Below, in pieces: positions 52,601-64,000 of a stretch of 64,000 nt of DNA. Under the pieces are notes generated by a model. That model worked only from the letters and a program-made list of their open reading frames with translations, had not been told where the DNA came from and searched no databases. Numbering within the stretch: the first letter of the stretch is position 1; each line of letters begins with the position of its first letter. The translations under genes were made by a program, and so were the position numbers. Source of the DNA: the human T2T-CHM13v2.0 reference genome, Homo sapiens; the NCBI RefSeq assembly GCF_009914755.1, contig NC_060948.1, one strand, 5' to 3'.

Positions 52601-55600
52601 GACTGGAATCAAACGGAATGGAATGCAATGCAATCAAATGGCATGGAATAAAATAGAATGAAAGAGAATCAAATGGAATTGAATCGAATGGAATCGAATG
52701 GATTGGAAAGGAATAGAATGGAATGGAATGGAATTGACTCAAATGGAATGGACTAGAATGGAATGGATTCGAATGGAAGGCAAAGGAATGGAATCTATTG
52801 GAATGGACTGTAATGGAATGGAATGGAAGGGATTGGAATGGACTCGAATGGAATGGACTGCAATAGAAAGGATTCGAATGGAATGAAAAAGAATTGAATG
52901 GAATAGAACAGAATGGAATCAAATCGAATGAAATGGAATGGAATAGAAAGGAATGGAATGAAATGGAATGGAAAGGATTCGAATGGAATGCAATCGAATG
53001 GAATGGAATCGAACGGAATGGAATAAAATGGAAGAAAACAGGCAAGAAATGGAATCGAAAGGAATGGAGTGTTATGGAACGGACTCAAAAGGAATTGAAT
53101 GTAATAGAATGGAGTGGAGTGGACTCGAATATAATGGACTGGAATGGAATGAAATCACATGGAATGGGAACGAATGGAATGGAATGGAAAGGAATGGAAT
53201 CGAATGGAAAGGAATCGAATGGAAGGGAATGAAATTGAATCAACAGGAATGGAAGGGAATAGAATAGACGGTAATGGAATGGACTCGAATAGAATGGACA
53301 CGAATGCTCAAATTGAATGGACTCGAATGGAATGGAAACGAAAGGAATGTCATCGAATGGAATTGAATCGATTGGAATGAAATCGCATAGAATGGAGTGG
53401 AATCAAATGGAATTGAATCGAAAGGAAAGGAAGCGAATGGACTGAAATGAAATGGAATGGAATTGAATGGAAAGTAATGCAATGGAATAGAATGGAACGA
53501 AATTTCACGGAATGGAATCAAACTGAATGGAATCAAATCAATGGAATCAAATCAAATGGAATGGAAAGGAATTGAATGGAGTAGATTGGATTGGATGGGA
53601 TTGGAATGAAATGTACTGGAAAGGACTCGAATTTCATGAAACGGAATGGAATGAATTGGAACGGAATGGACTCGAATGGAATGGAATGTCATGGAATGGC
53701 ATCAAATGGAATGGCATCAAATGGAATGGAATCGAATGCAATGGAATGCTATGGAATGGAATGGAATGCATTGGAATGGAATGTCCTCTAATGGAATGGA
53801 TTCGAGTGGAATGGAATCGAATATAATGGAGTCGAATGAAATGGAATTGAAAGGAATGGGATCGAATACAATGGAATATACTGGAATGTAATGTAATGAA
53901 CTCGAATGTAATTGACTGGAATGGAATGTATATGAATGGAATGTAATCGAATGGAAAGTAATCCAATGGAATAGAATCTAATGCAATAAAATCGACTCAG
54001 ATAGAGTAGAATGTAATGGAATGGAGTGCAGTGCAATGGAATGGAATGGAATGGAATGCAATGGAATGGAATGGAATGGAATGGAATGGAATGGAATGGA
54101 ATGGAATGGAATGGTGTGGAATGGATAGTAATGGACTGGAGTGAAATGGACTGGAAAGGAATGGACTGAAATTTAAAGGGCTCGAAAGGAATGGAATCAA
54201 ATGGAATGGTCTGGAATGGAATGAACACGAATGTAATGCAATCCAATAGAATGGAATCGAATGGCATGGAATATAAAGAAATGGAATTGAAGAGAATGGA
54301 AACAAATGGAATGGAATTGAGTGGAATGGAATTGAATGGAATGGGAACGAATGGAGTGAAATTGTATGCAGTAGAAGAGAATAGAATGGAATGCAAGCGA
54401 AAGGAAAGGAATGGATTGGAATGGAATGCAATTCATTGGAATGGAAGGGAATGTAGTGTAATGGACAGGCCTGGAATAAAGTGGAATGCTACGGTCTCGA
54501 ATGGAATAAAAATGTATGGAATGGAATGCAATGAAACGGAATCGAATGTCATAGAATGTAATGGAATGCAAAAAAATGGAATCCAAAATCATTGACTGGA
54601 AAGGCTGGGTGTCGAAAGGAATTGACTCCAATGGAATGGAATCGAATGGAATGGAAGTGAATAGAATCGAACTAAATCGAATGGAATGGAATTGATAGGA
54701 ACGGAATGGAAAGGAATGCAATGATTTGGCACGGAATGGAATCGAATGGCATCGAATGGAATGGAATGGAATGCAATGGAATGGAACGTATTAGAATGTA
54801 ATGAACTTTAATGGAATATACTCGAATGGATTCGACTGGAATGGAATGTTCTGGAAGTGAATGGACTCCAATGGAATGGATTCAAAAGGAATGGAATCGT
54901 ACGGAATGGAATCTAATGGAATGGAATTAAATGGAAATGAATCAAATTGAATAGCATGGAATTGAATTGAATGGAATCGAATGCAATGGAATCTAATGAA
55001 ACGGAAAGGAAAGGAATGGAATGGAATGGAATGGGCTGGAATGGAAAGGAATCGAAACGAATGGAATGGAATCGAACTGAAGAGACTGGAATGGAATGCA
55101 CTGGAATGGAAGGGAGTGTAATGGAAGGTTCTCGAAAAAAATGGAATCGAATGGAATGGAATTGAATGGAACGGAATAGAGTCGAATGGAATTGAATGGA
55201 ATGGAATGGACTAGAGTGAAATGGAATCGAACCACAAGGGATGGACAGGAATACAATGGTCTCGAATTGAATGGAATCGTATGGAATGGCATCAAACGGA
55301 ATGGAATGGACAGCCACGGAATGGAATGCACTCGAATGCAATGGAGTCGAAACTAATGGACTGGAATAGAATGGACTCGACTGGTACGGACTCCAATGGA
55401 ATGGAATCGAATGGAAGGGAATCGAACGGAATGGACTCGAAGGGAAAAGACTGCAATGGAAAGGTCTCGAATGGAATGGAAATTAATGGAATGGAATGGA
55501 ATCGAATGAAATGGAGTCAAAAGGAATGGAATCGAATGGCAAGAAATCGAATGTAATGGAATCGCAAGGAATTGATGTGAACGGAACGGAATGGAATGGA

Positions 55601-58600
55601 ATCCAAAGGAATGGAATAGAATGGAATGGAATCGAATGGAAAGGACTCGAATGGAAATCACTCGAATAGAATGCAATTTAATAAAATAGGATCAAATGTA
55701 ATGGAATGGAATGGAAAGGAATCGAAACGAAAGGAATGGAGACAGATGGAATGGAATGGAACAGAGAGCAATGGTATAGAATGGAATGGAATCATCTGGA
55801 ATGGAATTGAATGGAATGGAATAATATGAAATGGAATGGAATGGAATGGAATGGAATGCCCTTGAATTAAATGGACTGGAATGGAATGGACTCGAACAGA
55901 GTGGAATGGAAAGTGTTGAGATAGAATGGAATGGACTCCTTTGGAATGGTGTAGTATGCAATGCAATCGACTGGCAGGGAATCAAAAGGAATGTAATGGA
56001 ATGGACTGGACTGGAATGCAATGGACTCGAATAGATTGGAAACGGAATGCAAAGGAATGGAATGAAATAGTATGGAATGGAATGGAAAGGAATGGAGTGG
56101 AATAGACTAGAGTGGAATGGAATGGACTGGAAAGCAATGGACTGGAATGGAACTTTCTTGAATGGACTGGAATCAAACGGAATGGAATGCAATGCAATCA
56201 AATGGCATGGAATAAAATAGAATGAAAGAGAATCAAATGGAATTGAATCGAATGGAATCGAATGGATTGGAAAGGAATAGAATGGAATGGAATGGAATTG
56301 ACTCAAATGGAATGGACTAGAATGGAATGGATTCGAATGGAAGGCAAAGGAATGGAATCTATTGGAATGGACTGTAATGGAATGGAATGGAAGGGATTGG
56401 AATGGACTCGAATGGAATGGACTGCAATAGAAAGGATTCGAATGGAATGAAAAAGAATTGAATGGAATAGAACAGAATGGAATCAAATCGAATGAAATGG
56501 AATGGAATAGAAAGGAATGGAATGAAATGGAATGGAAAGGATTCGAATGGAATGCAATCGAATGGAATGGAATCGAACGGAATGGAATAAAATGGAAGAA
56601 AACTGGCAAGAAATGGAATCGAAATGAATGGAGTGTTATGGAACGGACTCAAAAGGAATTGAATGTAATAGAATGGAGTGGAGTGGACTCGAATATAATG
56701 GACTGGAATGGAATGAAATCACATGGAATGGGAACGAATGGAATGGAATGGAAAGGAATGGAATCGAATGGAAAGGAATCGAATGGAAGGGAATGAAATT
56801 GAATCAACAGGAATGGAAGGGAATAGAATAGACGGTAATGGAATGGACTCGAATAGAATGGACACGAATGCTCAAATTGAATGGACTCGAATGGAATGGA
56901 AACGAAAGGAATGTCATCGAATGGAATTGAATCGATTGGAATGAAATCGCACAGAATGGAGTGGAATCAAATGGAATTGAATCGAAAGGAAAGGAAGCAA
57001 ATGGACTGAAATGAAATGGAATGGAATTGAATGGAAAGTTATGTAATGGAATACAATGGAACGAAATTTCACGGAATGGAATCAAACTGAATGGAATCAA
57101 ATCAATGGAATCAAATCAAATGGAATGGAAAGGAATTGAATGGAGTAGATTGGATGGGATGGGATTGGAATGAAATGTACTGGAAAGGACTCGAATTTCA
57201 TGAAACGGAATGGAATGAATTGGAACGGAATGGACTCGAATGGAATGGAATGTCAGGGAATGGCATCAAATGGAATGGCATCAAATGGAATGGAATCGAA
57301 TGCAATGGAATGCTATGGAATGGAATGGAATGCATTGGAATGGAATGTCCTCTAATGGAATGGATTCGAGTGGAATGGAATCGAATATAATGGAGTCGAA
57401 TGAAATGGAATTGAAAGGAATAGGATCGAATACAATGGAATATACTGGAATGTAATTTAATGAACTCGAATGTAATTGACTGGAATGGAATGTACATGAA
57501 TGGAATGTAATCGAATGGAAAGTAATCCAATGGAATAGAATCTAATGCAATAAAATCGACTCAGATAGAGTAGAATGTAATGGAATGGAGTGCAGTGCAA
57601 TGGAATGGAATGGAATGGAATGCAATGGAATGGAATGGAATGGAATGGAATGGAATGGAATGGAATGGAATGGTGTGGAATGGATAGTAATGGACTGGAG
57701 TGAAATGGACTGGAAAGGAATGGACTGAAATTGAAAGGGCTCGAAAGGAATGGAATCAAATGGAATGGTCTGGAATGGAATGAACACGAATGTAATGCAA
57801 TCCAATAGAATGGAATCGAATGGCATGGAATATAAAGAAATGGAATCGAAGAGAATGGAAACAAATGGAATGGAATTGAGTGGAATGGAATTGAATGGAA
57901 TGGGAACGAATGGAGTGAAATTGTATGCAGTAGAAGAGAATAGAATGGAATGCAAGCGAAAGGAAAGGAATGGATTGGAATGGAATGCAATTCATTGGAA
58001 TGGAAGGGAATGTAGTGTAATGGACAGGCCTGGAATAAAGTGGAATGCTACGGTCTCGAATGGAATAAAAATGTATGGAATGGAATGCAATGAAACGGAA
58101 TCGAATGTCATAGAATGTAATGGAATGCAAAAAAATGGAATCCAAAATCATTGACTGGAAAGGCTGGGTGTCCAAAGGAATTGACTCCAATGGAATGGAA
58201 TCGAATGGAATGGAAGTGAATAGAATCGAACTAAATCGAATGGAATGGAATTGATAGGAACGGAATGGAAAGGAATGCAATGATTTGGCACGGAATGGAA
58301 TCGAATGGCATCGAATGGAATGGAATGGAATGCAATGGAATGGAACGTATTAGAATGTAATGAACTTTAATGGAATATACTCGAATGGATTCGACTGGAA
58401 TGGAATGTTCTGGAAGTGAATGGACTCCAATGGAATGGATTCAAAAGGAATGGAATCGTACGGAATGGAATCTAATGGAATGGAATTAAATGGAAATGAA
58501 TCAAATTGAATAGCACGGAATTGAATTGAATGGAATGGAATGCAATGGAATCTAATGAAACGGAAAGGAAAGGAATGGAATGGAATGGAATGGGCTGGAA

Positions 58601-61600
58601 TGGAAAGGAATCGAAACGAATGGAATGGAATCGAACTGAAGAGACTGGAATGGAATGCACTGGAATGGAAGGGAGTGTAATGGAAGGTTCTCGAAAAAAA
58701 TGGAATCGAATGGAATGGAATTGAACGGAACGGAATAGAGTCGAATGGAATTGAATGGAATGGAATGGACTAGAGTGAAATGGAATCGAACCACAAGGGA
58801 TGGACAGGAATACAATGGTCTCGAATTGAATGGAATCGTATGGAATGGCATCAAACGGAATGGAATGGACAGCCACGGAATGGAATGCACTCGAATGCAA
58901 TGGAGTCGAAACTAATGGACTGGAATAGAATGGACTCGACTGGTACGGACTCCAATGGAATGGAATCGAATGGAAGGGAATCGAACGGAATGGACTCGAA
59001 GGGAAAAGACTGCAATGGAAAGGTCTCGAATGGAATGGAAATTAATGGAATGGAATGGAATCGAATGAAATGGAGTCAAAAGGAATGGAATCGAATGGCA
59101 AGAAATCAAATGTAATGGAATCGCAAGGAATTGATGTGAACGGAACGGAATGGAATGGAATCCAAAGGAATGGAATAGAATGGAATGGAATCGAATGGAA
59201 AGGACTCGAATGGAAATCACTCGAATAGAATGCAATTTAATAAAATAGGATCAAATGTAATGGAATGGAATGGAAAGGAATCGAAACGAAAGGAATGGAG
59301 ACAGATGGAATGGAATGGAACAGAGAGCAATGGTATAGAATGGAATGGAATCATCTGGAATGGAATTGAATGGAATGGAATAATATGAAATGGAATGGAA
59401 TGGAATGGAATGGAATGCCCTTGAATTAAATGGACTGGAATGGAATGGACTCGAACAGAGTGGAATGGAAAGTGTTGAGATAGAATGGAATGGACTCCTT
59501 TGGAATGGTGTAGTATGCAATGCAATCGACTGGCAGGGAATCAAAAGGAATGTAATGGAATGGAATGGACTGGAATGCAATGGACTCGAATAGATTGGAA
59601 ACGGAATGCAAAGGAATGGAATGGAATAGTATGGAATGGAATGGAAAGGAATGGAGTGGAATAGACTAGAGTGAAATGGAATGGACTGGAAAGCAATGGA
59701 CTGGAATGGAACTTTCTTGAATGGACTGGAATCAAACGGAATGGAATGCAATGCAATCAAATGGCATGGAATAAAATAGAATGAAAGAGAATCAAATGGA
59801 ATTGAATCGAATGGAATCGAATGGATTGGAAAGGAATAGAATGGAATGGAATGGAATTGACTCAAATGGAATGGACTAGAATGGAATGGATTCGAATGGA
59901 AGGCAAAGGAATGGAATCTATTGGAATGGACTGTAATGGAATGGAATGGAAGGGATTGGAATGGACTCGAATGGAATGGACTGCAATAGAAAGGATTCGA
60001 ATGGAATGAAAAAGAATTGAATGGAATAGAACAGAATGGAATCAAATCGAATGAAATGGAATGGAATAGAAAGGAATGGAATGAAATGGAATGGAAAGGA
60101 TTCGAATGGAATGCAATCGAATGGAATGGAATCGAACGGAATGGAATAAAATGGAAGAAAACAGGCAAGAAATGGAATCGAAATGAATGGAGTGTTATGG
60201 AACGGACTCAAAAGGAATTGAATGTAATAGAATGGAGTGGAGTGGACTCGAATATAATGGACTGGAATGGAATGAAATCACATGGAATGGGAACGAATGG
60301 AATGGAATGGAAAGGAATGGAATCGAATGGAAAGGAATCGAATGGAAGGGAATGAAATTGAATCAACAGGAATGGAAGGGAATAGAATAGACGGTAATGG
60401 AATGGACTCGAATTGAATGGACACGAATGCTCAAATTGAATGGACTCGAATGGAATGGAAACGAAAGGAATGTCATCGAATGGAATTGAATCGATTGGAA
60501 TGAAATCGCATAGAATGGAGTGGAATCAAATGGAATTGAATCGAAAGGAAAGGAAGCGAATGGACTGAAATGAAATGGAATGGAATTGAATGGAAAGTAA
60601 TGCAATGGAATAGAATGGAACGAAATTTCACGGAATGGAATCAAACTGAATGGAATCAAATCAATGGAATCTAATCAAATGGAATGGAAAGGAATTGAAT
60701 GGAGTAGATTGGATTGGATGGGATTGGAATGAAATGTACTGGAAAGGACTCGAATTTCATGAAACGGAATGGAATGAATTGGAACGGAATGGACTCGAAT
60801 GGAATGGAATGTCATGGAATGGCATCAAATGGAATGGCATCAAATGGAATGGAATCGAATGCAATGGAATGCTATGGAATGGAATGGAATGCATTGGAAT
60901 GGAATGTCCTCTAATGGAATGGATTCGAGTGGAATGGAATCGAATATAATGGAGTCGAATGAAATGGAATTGAAAGGAATGGGATCGAATAGAATGGAAT
61001 ATACTGGAATGTAATGTAATGAACTCGAATGTAATTGACTGGAATGGAATGTACATGAATGGAATGTAATCGAATGGAAAGTAATCCAATGGAATAGATT
61101 CTAATGCAATAAAACCGACTCAGATAGAGTAGAATGTAATGGAATGGAGTGCAGTGCAATGGAATGGAATGGAATAGAATGCAATGGAATGGAATGGAAT
61201 GGAATGGAATGGAATGGAATGGAATGGAATGGAATGGAATGGGATGGAATGGTATGGAATGGATAGTAATGGACTGGAGTGAAATGGACTGGAAAGGAAT
61301 GGACTCAAATTGAAAGGGCTCGAAAGGAATGGAGTCAAATGGAATGGTCTGGAATGGAATGAACACGAATGTAATGCAATCCAATAGAATGGAATCGAAT
61401 GGCATGGAATATAAAGAAATGGATTCGAAGAGAATGGAAACAAATGGAATGGAATTGAATGGAATGGAATTGAATGGAATGGGAACGAATGGACTGAAAT
61501 TGTATGCAGTAGAAGGGAATAGAATGGAATGCAAGCGAAAGGAAAGGAATGGATTGGAATGGAATGGAATTCATTGGAATGGAAGGGAATGTAGTGTAAT

Positions 61601-64000
61601 GGACAGGCCTGGAATAAAGTGGAATGCTACGGTCTCGAATGGAATAAAAATGTATGGAATGGAATGCAATGAAACGGAATCGAATGTCATAGAATGTAAT
61701 GGAATGCAACAAAATGGAATCCAAAATCATTGACTGGAAAGGCTGGGTGTCGAAAGGAATTGACTCCAATGGAATGGAATCGAATGGAATGGAAGTGAAT
61801 AGAATCGAACTAAATCGAATGGAATGGAATTGATAGGAACGGAATGGAAAGGAATGCAATGATTTGGCATGGAATGGAATCGAATGGCATCGAATGGAAT
61901 GGAATGGAATGCAATGGAATGGAATGTATTAGAATGTAATGAACTTTAATGGAATGTACTCGAATGGATTCGACTGGAATGGAATGTTCTGGAAGTGAAT
62001 GGACTCCAATGGAATGGATTCAAAAGGAATGGAATCGTACGGAATGGAATCTAATGGAATGGAATTAAATGGAAATGAATCAAATTGAATAGCACGGAAT
62101 TGAATTGAATGGAATGGAATGCAATGGAATCTAATGAAACGGAAAGGAAAGGAATGGAATGGAATGGAATGGGCTGGAATGGAAAGGAATCGAAACGAAT
62201 GGAATGGAATCGAACTGAAGAGACTGGAATGGAATGCACTGGAATGGAAGGGAGTGTAATGGAAGGTTGTCGAAAAAAATGGAATCGAATGGAATGGAAT
62301 TGAATGGAACGGAATAGAGTCGAATGGAATTGAATGGAATGGAATGGACTAGAGTGAAATGGAATCGAACCACAAGGAATGGAGAGGAACAGAATGGTCT
62401 CGAATTGAATGGAATCGTATGGAATGGCATCAAACGGAATGGAATGGACAGCCACGGAATGGAATGCACTCGAATGCAATGGAGTCGAAACTAATGGACT
62501 GGAATAGAATGGACTCGACTGGTACGGACTCCAATGGAATGGAATCGAATGGAAGGGAATCGAACGGAATGGACTTGAAGGGAAAAGACTGCAATGGAAA
62601 GGTCTCGAATGGAATGGAAATTAATGGAATGGAATGGAATCGAATGAAATGGAGTCAAAAGGAATGGAATCGAATGGCAAGAAATCGAATGTAATGGAAT
62701 CGCAAGGAATTGATGTGAACGGAACGGAATGGAATGGAATCCAAAGGAATGGAATAGAATGGAATGGAATCGAATGGAAAGGACTCGAATGGAAATCACT
62801 CGAATAGAATGCAATTTAATAAAATAGGATCAAATGTAATGGAATGGAATGGAAAGGAATCGAAACGAAAGGAATGGAGACAGATGGAATGGAATAGAAC
62901 AGAGAGCAATGGTATAGAATGGAATGGAATCATCTGGAATGGAATTGAATGGAATGGAATAATATGAAATGGAATGGAATGGAATGGAATGGAATGCCCT
63001 TGAATTAAAAGGACTGGAATGGAATGGACTCGAACAGAGTGGAATGGAAAGTGTTGAGATAGAATGGAATGGACTCCTTTGGAATGGTGTAGTATGCAAT
63101 GCAATCGACTGGCAGGGAATCAAAAGGAATGTAATCGAATGGATTGGACTGGAATGCAATGGACTCGAATAGATTGCAAACGGAATGCAAAGGAATGGAA
63201 TGGAATAGTATGGAATGGAATGGAAAGGAATGGAGTGGAATAGACTAGAGTGGAATGGAATGGACTGGAAAGCAATGGACTGGAATGGAACTTTCTTGAA
63301 TGGACTGGAATCAAACGGAATGGAATGCAATGCAATCAAATGGCATGGAATAAAATAGAATGAAAGAGAATCAAATGGAATTGAATCGAATGGAATCGAA
63401 TGGATTAGAAAGGAATAGAATGGAATGGAATGGAATGGACTCAAATGGAATGGACTAGAATGGAATGGATTCGAATGGAAGGCAAAGGAATGGAATCTAT
63501 TGGAATGGACTGTAATGGAATGGAATGGAAGGGATTGGAATGGACTCGAATGGAATGGACTGCAATAGAAAGGATTCGAATGGAATGAAAAAGAATTGAA
63601 TGGAATAGAACAGAATGGAATCAAATCGAATGAAATGGAATGGAATAGAAAGGAATGGAATGAAATGGAATGGAAAGGATTCGAATGGAATGCAATCGAA
63701 TGGAATGGAATCGAACGGAATGGAATAAAATGGAAGAAAACTGGCAAGAAATGGAATCGAAATGAATGGAGTGTTATGGAACGGACTCAAAAGGAATTGA
63801 ATGTAATAGAATGGAGTGGAGTGGACTCGAATATAATGGACTGGAATGGAATGAAATCACATGGAATGGGAACGAATGGAATGGAATGGAAAGGAATGGA
63901 ATCGAATGGAAAGGAATCGAATGGAAGGGAATGAAATTGAATCAACAGGAATGGAAGGGAATAGAATAGACGGTAATGGAATGGACTCGAATAGAATGGA

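Larger units (their letters stand above)
1..64000 (+). repeat. DYZ1: Human satellite III (HSat3) array, DYZ1-type ~3.55 kb monomers built from degenerate GGAAT pentamers (Yq12 heterochromatin)
   Basis: Continuous degenerate (GGAAT)n. One GGCC (HaeIII, within AGGCCT) per monomer at 759, 4303, 7872, 11406, 14964, 18507, 22071, 25614, 29188, 32727, 36286, 41828, 47365, 50914, 54468, 58027, 61606. Spacings are 3534-3579 bp except two of 5542 and 5537. A GAATTC site lies 39 bp upstream of most GGCC sites. This fits the ~3.56 kb HaeIII/EcoRI DYZ1 unit. TTGAATGGAATGGGAACGAATGG (4167-4189) and GGACAGGCCTGGAATAAAGTGGA (4298-4320) match, from memory, the classic DYZ1 sexing-PCR primer sites. Confidence 0.96.

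Noticed and set aside
74-63969. Hundreds of ORFs (MEWNG- and FHSIP-repeat peptides, up to 313 aa, e.g. 16153-17094 and 1978-2880)
   Set aside because: (GGAAT)n has no stop codon in any frame, so ORFs arise automatically and overlap in all frames. They change length with 5-bp indels and show no recognisable domain.
1-64000. CRISPR-like or repeat-spacer array, or another prokaryotic/viral system
   Set aside because: There are no unique spacers, no constant direct repeat and no associated genes. The non-pentamer-looking words recur in every monomer.
1-64000. HSat2, DYZ2/HSat1B, Alu/L1 insertions or inversion junctions
   Set aside because: No AT-rich DYZ2 or Alu sequence, no HSat2-type GAATCATC-dominated pattern, no poly-A tail with target-site duplication and no (ATTCC)n block were seen on the + strand.
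1-64000. TCGAA / TCAAA / TTGAA alternation as an encoded signal
   Set aside because: Adequately explained by deamination of methylated CpG in heterochromatic satellite.

Overview
The whole 64 kb window is one uninterrupted, single-orientation array of human satellite III, (GGAAT)n on the + strand. It is organised in ~3.55 kb monomers typical of DYZ1 (Yq12 heterochromatin). No genes, RNA genes, transposons, CRISPR arrays or inversions are visible, and every ORF in the track is a translation artefact of the pentamer. Using the once-per-unit GTCCTC landmark there are 16 full monomers, 2 internally deleted monomers (~1.98 kb) and a final partial monomer. The structure worth attention is internal. 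A ~1545 bp in-register deletion joins two 27-bp near-identical segments and was then duplicated as a ~5.54 kb higher-order unit. There are two ~7.11 kb dimer duplications, and haplotype tracts are shared across 34-50 kb. Each monomer carries three perfect heat-shock elements (nGAAnnTTCnnGAAn); individual variants break them, and the deletion removes two of the three. I found no convincing novel coding system. All coordinates were read by eye.
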